From the NCBI GenBank assembly GCA_017446885.1, contig JAFSOR010000027.1:38954-102953 (forward strand): 64,000 nt of DNA, in the 5' to 3' direction. This stretch comes from Spirochaetia bacterium. Lineage in GTDB: Bacteria; Spirochaetota; Spirochaetia; CADAEX01. The translations under genes and the position numbers were made by a program. Below the pieces are notes generated by a model that was not told the DNA's origin, made no database searches, and saw only the letters and a list, made by a program, of their open reading frames with translations. This document shows positions 39,184 to 44,767 of the stretch, one piece after another (the first letter of the stretch is position 1; every line of letters begins with the position of its first letter).

Positions 39184-39208
39184 ATTCCTTTCTTCTAAAA
39201 TACGTTCT

Positions 39209-39499
39209 TCATCTTTCCTTGCAGCCGAAAATACCAGTCAAGAGGCCACCCACAAAGCTTAGTGCAGTAAGCCCTCCTACAACTGCAAGACCTTTTTTCC
39301 AGGCATCTGGGTCCTCATGGATTTCAATCTCATCGGATTCTTCATCTTCATTTTCTTCTGCGCAAACCTCATCCTCCTCTGAGATTTGCTCTTCCATTTC
39401 TGCAATCATTTTTTCGTACCTTTCATTAAGTTCGGCAGTTTTTGCAAGCTTTTCCTCAAACTCTTTCATCAATTCTTCTGGATTCTTTTTTTCGTCCAT
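39209..39499 (-). CDS. acidic, C-terminally membrane-anchored small protein
   Basis: 96 aa. E/D-rich helical N-terminus and a C-terminal TM helix (GLAVVGGLTALSFVGGLLTGIFG). AAAGGAG SD. It has its own terminator. Confidence 0.55.
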   Translation of the reverse strand: MDEKKNPEELMKEFEEKLAKTAELNERYEKMIAEMEEQISEEDEVCAEENEDEESDEIEIHEDPDAWKKGLAVVGGLTALSFVGGLLTGIFGCKER

Positions 39500-39542
39500 T
39501 TTTTACTCCTTTAATTCTTGATGATTCAAATCTACCCTGCCT

Positions 39543-39565
39543 ACTCCGCCACCTGATGTCAGAGT
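39543..39565. promoter_or_regulatory. 23-bp imperfect palindrome, copy 3 (operator candidate)
   Basis: actccgccacctgatgtcagagt, 44 nt upstream of the 96-aa gene start. Confidence 0.55.
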
Positions 39566-39599
39566 GCAAAAAAAGTTAAAAAACTTGTTTAGCAATCTA

Positions 39600-39815
39600 T
39601 GCCAGCAATAGTACGCTCCAGCAGACCGCCAAAACCTCAGGCAGATAACAAACAAGCAATCTGCTGGCAGCAATAAGGCACACCCGCTCGGTAGGTGCGT
39701 TCCCTTCGGGCCGCAATACCGACGGGCATGCCTTTTGCTGCCATTCAGTTACCGCTTTCACCTGTCTGAGGTTTTGCGGCCAGCTTCCGCCTAATCGAGG
39801 GAGCATTTGCTGGCA
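39600..39815 (+). ncRNA. roughly 216-nt rod-like structured RNA candidate
   Basis: Nested helices: 39600-08/39807-15 (9 bp), 39615-19/39800-04, 39626-44/39762-79 (18 bp, one bulge, one G-U), 39661-63/39746-48, 39665-73/39735-43 (9 bp), 39675-80/39729-34, 39683-93/39717-26, and a UUCG-type tip. There is a 16 x 13 nt central bubble. The only track ORF here (69 aa, minus strand) has no SD or family signal. Confidence 0.45.
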
Positions 39816-39904
39816 GTGTAAGCATTTACAAAGTTTTTCATATTATTTGCATTTTGTGGGGCAAACTTTGAAGCAAAATTGATTTTTTTTGTGTTAGTAA
39901 CAGT
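39804..39904 (+). repeat. intergenic repeat, copy B (partner at 6031..6119)
   Basis: It has the same three conserved blocks as copy A. Its 5' end overlaps the 3' arm of the RNA candidate. Confidence 0.7.
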
Positions 39905-39962
39905 GCAAGGGGACAATCACCTTGACATTATAGGTTTTATCCTATATTTTAAAGGAGGAAAT

Positions 39963-40319
39963 ATTCCGAACTTCAAGGTAGATTTCTATGAGACAGCAAA
40001 TGGGAAAAGGCCAGCAGAAGAATTTCTGATAAGCCTTGACAGAAAAATGCGAACAAAGATGCTCAGAATGATTGTAATTCTGAGCGAAAACGGAAATGAG
40101 CTTCGGGAACCTTATTCTAAGTTTATTTCGGACGGTATTCATGAGCTAAGAGCAAAAGTTGGATCCGATATATCGCGTATCTTATATTTCTTTATGATTG
40201 GACAACGCATAATTCTGACTAATGGATTTATCAAGAAAACTCAGAAAACACCAAGAGGTGAGTTAAAGAAAGCAATAAAATACCGAGCCGATTATTTAAG
40301 GAGATGGAGGATAATATGA
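39963..40319 (+). CDS. higB: HigB/RelE-superfamily toxin (Gp49-like, DUF891 type)
   Basis: KVDFYETANGKRPAEEFLISL...IHELRAKVGSDISRILYFF...ILTNGFIKKTQKTP is the typical family pattern. The start is uncertain: ATT at 39963 lies 4 nt after GGAGG, and the track TTG at 39879 would add 28 non-family residues. Confidence 0.75.
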   Translation: MPNFKVDFYETANGKRPAEEFLISLDRKMRTKMLRMIVILSENGNELREPYSKFISDGIHELRAKVGSDISRILYFFMIGQRIILTNGFIKKTQKTPRGELKKAIKYRADYLRRWRII

Positions 40320-40603
40320 GTACTAGTTTTGATGATTTCTTAAAGGAACAGTTGAAGGATCCTGAAATAAAAAAAGAATGGGATGCTCTCCAGCCAGAAA
40401 TGGCTATTATCCAAGCCATCATAGATGCAAGACATGATTCTGGCCTGACTCAGAAAGAACTCTCTGAACGTACTGGAATAGCCCAAGGAGATATAAGCAA
40501 GCTGGAGAAAGGCAATGCAAATCCATCAATCCGAACACTTCAAAGATTAGCTGCAGGAATGGGAAAAATTCTAAGAATAGAATTTGTAACTGCAAGTTTA
40601 TAA
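40316..40603 (+). CDS. higA: HigA-type antitoxin (XRE-family HTH)
   Basis: ATGA overlap with the toxin stop. HTH segment SGLTQKELSERTGIAQGDISKLEKGNANPSIRTLQRLA. Confidence 0.85.
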   Translation: MSTSFDDFLKEQLKDPEIKKEWDALQPEMAIIQAIIDARHDSGLTQKELSERTGIAQGDISKLEKGNANPSIRTLQRLAAGMGKILRIEFVTASL

Positions 40604-40629
40604 TCAGTAACCCCGTGAAGTCTTTCGTC

Positions 40630-40785
40630 ATGAGGAACGACGAGGAGGAGCTTGCCGACAACCTGCAGTTCATATTCATGCAGCTTCCGCTTCTGGCCGT
40701 GGATGAGGATGAGGCTAAGAACTTGCCTGTAGATATGATAGTTGAAATCACAGGACTCACTCCCGAGCAGGTGGCGGCTTTGTAG
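40630..40785 (+). pseudogene. remnant of an Rpn/YhgA-like PD-(D/E)XK nuclease (putative-transposase family)
   Basis: My translation gives the 51-aa ORF MRNDEEELADNLQFIFMQLPLLAVDEDEAKNLPVDMIVEITGLTPEQVAAL. This joins an hIFLELPKF-like block directly to the family-typical C-terminal I-x-x-ITGL-x-x-E-x-h-x-x-L tail, so the nuclease core is missing. Confidence 0.35.
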
Positions 40786-40948
40786 CCTCTTAGAAATCCA
40801 ACACCCTGGCAGGTTATAACCAGTAGCCTGCCGGGGTATTATGACTTATTTTTGCTCTTTTTCTTTTGACTTCTCTATATCGGCGGGGATTTCCAGATGT
40901 ATAGGGGGAAGCCCTCGCTTCTTAAGCTCGATCTGTGTCTTAGTTTCT

Positions 40949-42382
40949 TTATTGAACATATTGTCCTTTCCTTTTAGATGCCCGGGCAATACCCTTATCT
41001 ACAATGCGCTTGAGGGCAGAGATATCGGGACCATAGCCTGTGCTCAGTTCATCCAGCTTGCCGGAACTTAAAAGCTCATCCAGAACCGGCTGAAGCCGGG
41101 CCAGAATCTCTTTTTCCACATTCTCCTTTGACTTCTGCTCCTTATATGCTATCAGCGGCACATTATCCTTAAGCAGCATGACAAAAGTATTGTACTCGGC
41201 AAAGACATCCAGACGGTCCAGACATTCAAAGAATCTTTTAAGCGGAACATCTTCCTGCATCGATGCCAGCACCTTGGTCTCTTTGCCGTTCTTCTCCTGG
41301 GTACACACATAGAGCAGGGTCCGCCCCACATTGTGGAAACGGTTGAATATTAGGATGCTCTTCTCCGATTCTTCCTCATCAAAGATCAGGCAGCAGTAAC
41401 TTATATTCCGGTTTTCCTCAATACCAGATGTAGGAATCAACATCTCCCTGGATAGATATTTCTGTTCCTCATGGTCCCCCTCTCGGAACTGGAGACTGAA
41501 ACCGTCGCCGCGGAGCTGCAGCTCGCCAAGTTCGCTTACAAACTTCGCATGCCTCAGCGCACTCCTATTCCACAGAACATAGTACCACCGGTCCAGAAGA
41601 TGATTGATTAGAGTCTGGTCTCCAATGATGTAATCTATACCTTTTCCAGCCATGCCTTCTACTGGTTTAACATCATTGCTCTGCCACCTGGTGTCATTCA
41701 TATCAAAATAGTTGTGCCAGTCAAAGCCTGCCGGAACTGTAAAACTGCGCCGAAGCACCTTGGAATCACTCATCTTGGACAGGGCAAAAAGCCTGATTTT
41801 TTTGGACTGGGTCTGCACCACCGCATACCAGTTGCCCTTGTCGCTCACTACATGGAGTGGGAAAATTATATGCTTATCGCCCTTATACTGGCAGGAAAGC
41901 ACCTGATGACTCCTCAGGCTCTGGAAGACATCGGAGAACACCTTGGGATCCACAGGCTCTGAAGGATGGGGAATGCAGCCGACCCCCTCCTGCATCTGGG
42001 AAAAATCCTCCATGGCCTGAGGACCAAAGCTTGATATAATCTTATGGAAAGCTGATTTAAGCTGAGCCTCCAGCGGAGTGTTGCGGTATTCTTCCAGCAT
42101 CCTGCTCAATAGGGCCATACCGAAAAGCTCCCCCTGGTTGATGCTCAAGTCCTCGATAAAGAAAGAGTTCTCGGTATAGTAGTAGCCATGATGTTTCCTG
42201 TCGTATTCGATGGGAGCGTTGTAGAAATTACGCATCTCGTCGATATCCCGGCTTATGGTGCGCTCCCCCACCTCCAGCATCTCTGCAAGCTGCTTTGTGT
42301 TGGGATATGATCCTTTGCGTATCTCTGCGTCTATTAAGTGTATGCGCCGTAATACTACTTTCTCAAGCTGTGCTCTGGACAT
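40949..42382 (-). CDS. wHTH plus WYL-domain transcriptional regulator with a long C-terminal extension
   Basis: 477 aa. HTH segment YPNTKQLAEMLEVGERTISRDIDEMRN, then APIEYDRKHHGYYY, then a WYL-like core (VLSCQYKGDKHIIFPLHVVSDKGNWYAVV...IRLFALSKM). About 200 further residues have no motif that I recognise. Confidence 0.8.
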   Translation of the reverse strand: MSRAQLEKVVLRRIHLIDAEIRKGSYPNTKQLAEMLEVGERTISRDIDEMRNFYNAPIEYDRKHHGYYYTENSFFIEDLSINQGELFGMALLSRMLEEYRNTPLEAQLKSAFHKIISSFGPQAMEDFSQMQEGVGCIPHPSEPVDPKVFSDVFQSLRSHQVLSCQYKGDKHIIFPLHVVSDKGNWYAVVQTQSKKIRLFALSKMSDSKVLRRSFTVPAGFDWHNYFDMNDTRWQSNDVKPVEGMAGKGIDYIIGDQTLINHLLDRWYYVLWNRSALRHAKFVSELGELQLRGDGFSLQFREGDHEEQKYLSREMLIPTSGIEENRNISYCCLIFDEEESEKSILIFNRFHNVGRTLLYVCTQEKNGKETKVLASMQEDVPLKRFFECLDRLDVFAEYNTFVMLLKDNVPLIAYKEQKSKENVEKEILARLQPVLDELLSSGKLDELSTGYGPDISALKRIVDKGIARASKRKGQYVQ

Positions 42383-42391
42383 AACTATATC

Positions 42392-42802
42392 CTATTTATT
42401 TAAGTCAACATCTTTTGGTTCAGTCGCCTCTGCCACATGATACTTGGAAGTAAACATCATTACAAACCGAGTAACCATACCTGCAATAATCTTTAAACAT
42501 TCACCGACGCATAATGAATATGCTATCGAAATAAAAGGATTGAACATATTCATGAATAATGCTGCAGGTACAATCAAGCACAGGACTCCTGTCAATGCAT
42601 ATCTGTATTTCACCATTTTATTAAACGAGATGCATTTTTTTATTTCCTTTTCACTGACAGGCTTATTCTTGGGATCAAATAAAAATCTGCCTTTCTTCAA
42701 TGATTTATATATATTGAATGCATATCCAAAAAACTTTGAAGCCACATACCCGAACATAACACATACAGTTCCATACAGCAAATACAAACCTAAATCACTC
42801 AA
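42392..42802 (-). CDS. small polytopic membrane protein (3-4 TM), TTG start
   Basis: 136 aa. AAAGGAG SD 9 nt before the TTG. It lies 9 nt upstream of the WYL regulator gene on the same strand. Confidence 0.55.
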   Translation of the reverse strand: MSDLGLYLLYGTVCVMFGYVASKFFGYAFNIYKSLKKGRFLFDPKNKPVSEKEIKKCISFNKMVKYRYALTGVLCLIVPAALFMNMFNPFISIAYSLCVGECLKIIAGMVTRFVMMFTSKYHVAEATEPKDVDLNK

Positions 42803-42841
42803 AACTTTGCTCTCCTTTAATTATTGTACTTTGACACCCGC

Positions 42842-42864
42842 ACTCTGTCATCTAGTGGCAGAGT
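42842..42864. promoter_or_regulatory. 23-bp palindrome, copy 2 (operator candidate)
   Basis: actctgtcatctagtggcagagt, 40 nt upstream of the 136-aa gene start. Confidence 0.55.
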
Positions 42865-42919
42865 AAAAAATTTTCAAAACTTTTCATGCAGGTGGCGACA
42901 CTGTAGACAGGGTTATAAC

Positions 42920-44047
42920 TCAAGGATTTAATCGACTAAGCAAAAAAGAGCGACAAATATCAACCATCTGCCGCCTGCTGCCATTAGCCCTGCAGTAATC
43001 TTCTGAATCCAACAGACGAACAATTTGTTTATCAAAAACATCATCTAAAAAATCATTCTGCTGAAAGCACCAACCATTATACTCAACAATATTATGCCAA
43101 AAAACTTTTCCGCCAAGTGTAGGAGGGTCAATATTAAATTCTGCCTGTATTTTTTCTAAATAATCAGGATTATTGGACACTATCTCTATAGTTCTCTGCA
43201 ATACGGCCTTGTCATCCATGGCGTTTATTTCCCTTGCTAAGGTTTCCTCTTGAGAATATTTCAATCCACTACATAAAGTCTTCAGAAGCGGTGCATAGCG
43301 GTTTTTGCAATCATAATATCCTAATTGCATACGTCTTTTTGCACCTTCAGGAGAAAAATCTAAAAGGCCTACAGGGTTACCCCCAAGATCCTCTGATGGA
43401 AGTATCATTATTATATTCATACCTGAATTTGAAAAATCTTTATGATTTTTTCTATCAAGATTAATAACTAAAGCATCAGTACATCCCTCATCGCAGAGAG
43501 GTTTTATCGGCATATTATCACCCTTGCCAAACCAGGCACCGTCATAATAATTATGTCCAAAAATATTTTCTACTTGGAATATTCCTGGAAGGGCACTTGT
43601 AGCACATAATAACTGTTTAATAATATCAATTTTTTGCTTATTCAGACAGAAGTATTCAACCTCTTCATAATCTTTGTTATAGCAGGCTACATAAATCTTT
43701 CTCATGTGTGAAGAAAACTTATGAAAATCTACATATTCTTCCATGATTTCAATCAGCCCGGTTCTGCTGAACAAAGCCCAATTACGGTTTTCGAAAGATA
43801 TAAAATCGAGAATATTATCTTCCACACGGGTAGTCCATACCTTTTTAGCAACTTCAAAACCACAAAGGCTCAAAAGCACTGCATTCAAACCACCTACGGA
43901 TGTCCCTGATAAAACAGAAATTTTTTTCGTCAGACCTATCTCTTCCAGATACTTCCAAACGCCTAGTCCATAGCTGCCTCTTCCACCACCGCCGGAAAAG
44001 ACCAGCCCTATTTTATGCTTAGAAAACAATTTATCAAATATACCCAA
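42920..44047 (-). CDS. patatin-like phospholipase with an unrecognised C-terminal domain of about 90 aa
   Basis: 375 aa. TTG start 5 nt after GGAGGG. Oxyanion motif SGGGGRG, nucleophile elbow GTSVG, catalytic Asp in YYDGAWF. Confidence 0.85.
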   Translation of the reverse strand: MGIFDKLFSKHKIGLVFSGGGGRGSYGLGVWKYLEEIGLTKKISVLSGTSVGGLNAVLLSLCGFEVAKKVWTTRVEDNILDFISFENRNWALFSRTGLIEIMEEYVDFHKFSSHMRKIYVACYNKDYEEVEYFCLNKQKIDIIKQLLCATSALPGIFQVENIFGHNYYDGAWFGKGDNMPIKPLCDEGCTDALVINLDRKNHKDFSNSGMNIIMILPSEDLGGNPVGLLDFSPEGAKRRMQLGYYDCKNRYAPLLKTLCSGLKYSQEETLAREINAMDDKAVLQRTIEIVSNNPDYLEKIQAEFNIDPPTLGGKVFWHNIVEYNGWCFQQNDFLDDVFDKQIVRLLDSEDYCRANGSRRQMVDICRSFLLSRLNP

Positions 44048-44171
44048 GCATTCCCTCCTCTCGAGTTTTGCAGGTTACATATAGTAATACACTTTTAAAC
44101 AAGTGTCTTAAATGTCGTGATATTGAGGCCCTAAAATGTATTAATCAAATAAGAATACTTTATTACTGTGA

Positions 44172-44456
44172 TTAATCTTTCACAATTTTCTTGAAGAAAT
44201 CCATTATTGCAGTTTCACCACCCCAGGCATGTCTTACATCTTCTGGATCAAGAATACGGCAATGGCCTGTGACCGAATTCCGCTGGACCCGCCACCCATT
44301 ATACTCGGCTAAATCATTCCACCAGACTTCTCCTCCCATAGTTGGAAACTTAATATTGGGCATTAAGCCCAACTCCATGGCTCCCATATTCTGAAGCAAC
44401 TCTGGATGCTTTGATAAAAGCTCCAATCCTTTTTCAAGTAAAACATCTACTTCCAT
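44172..44456 (-). CDS. 94-aa protein homologous to the C-terminal domain of the downstream patatin protein
   Basis: AAAGGAG SD. FPTMGGEVWWNDLAEYNGWRVQRN...CRILDPEDVRHAWG aligns with PPTLGGKVFWHNIVEYNGWCFQQN...VRLLDSEDYCRANG in the patatin protein. Confidence 0.6.
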   Translation of the reverse strand: MEVDVLLEKGLELLSKHPELLQNMGAMELGLMPNIKFPTMGGEVWWNDLAEYNGWRVQRNSVTGHCRILDPEDVRHAWGGETAIMDFFKKIVKD

Positions 44457-44492
44457 TTTTCACTCCTTTCGTTATCGTATTTTGCCACCAGT

Positions 44493-44515
44493 ACTCTGCC
44501 ATCTGATGTCATAGT
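44493..44515. promoter_or_regulatory. 23-bp palindrome, copy 1 (operator candidate)
   Basis: actctgccatctgatgtcatagt, 37 nt upstream of the 94-aa gene start. Confidence 0.55.
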
Positions 44516-44607
44516 AAAAGTTATTTTATGAACTTTTTTATTGAGTTTTATTATATTACTCCATTGTACGGAGTATAACTCAATATAACTCCATATAGCA
44601 AGAAAAA

Positions 44608-44733
44608 ATGTTAACGATACTCCGTCAGGGCTGGACTCAGTCGCAGCTGGCAATACAGGCAAACAGTTCAAACGGCATGATAGGCAACATTGAAGCTGGA
44701 AAAGCAAAACCAACCCATGCAAAGCAAAGTTGA
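44608..44733 (+). pseudogene. truncated XRE-family HTH ORF (41 aa)
   Basis: My translation gives MLTILRQGWTQSQLAIQANSSNGMIGNIEAGKAKPTHAKQS. This matches the XRE HTH core (GxTQxxLA...iSxiExGkxxP) but stops right after helix 3-4. Confidence 0.35.
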
Positions 44734-44767
44734 CAACTCTACATTTTAGCGGTATCCTTATTGCAAC

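Larger units (their letters stand above)
37755..44767. other. accessory island (looks AT-richer by eye; TA module, nuclease remnant, defence-like genes)
   Basis: Gene content listed below. It is flanked by GC-richer housekeeping genes (the thioesterase and the glycosyltransferase). I found no flanking direct repeats or integrase. Confidence 0.5.

Noticed and set aside
39597-39806. 69-aa minus-strand ORF
   Set aside because: It lies entirely within the rod-like inverted-repeat structure. It has no SD, an odd composition, and no recognisable family.
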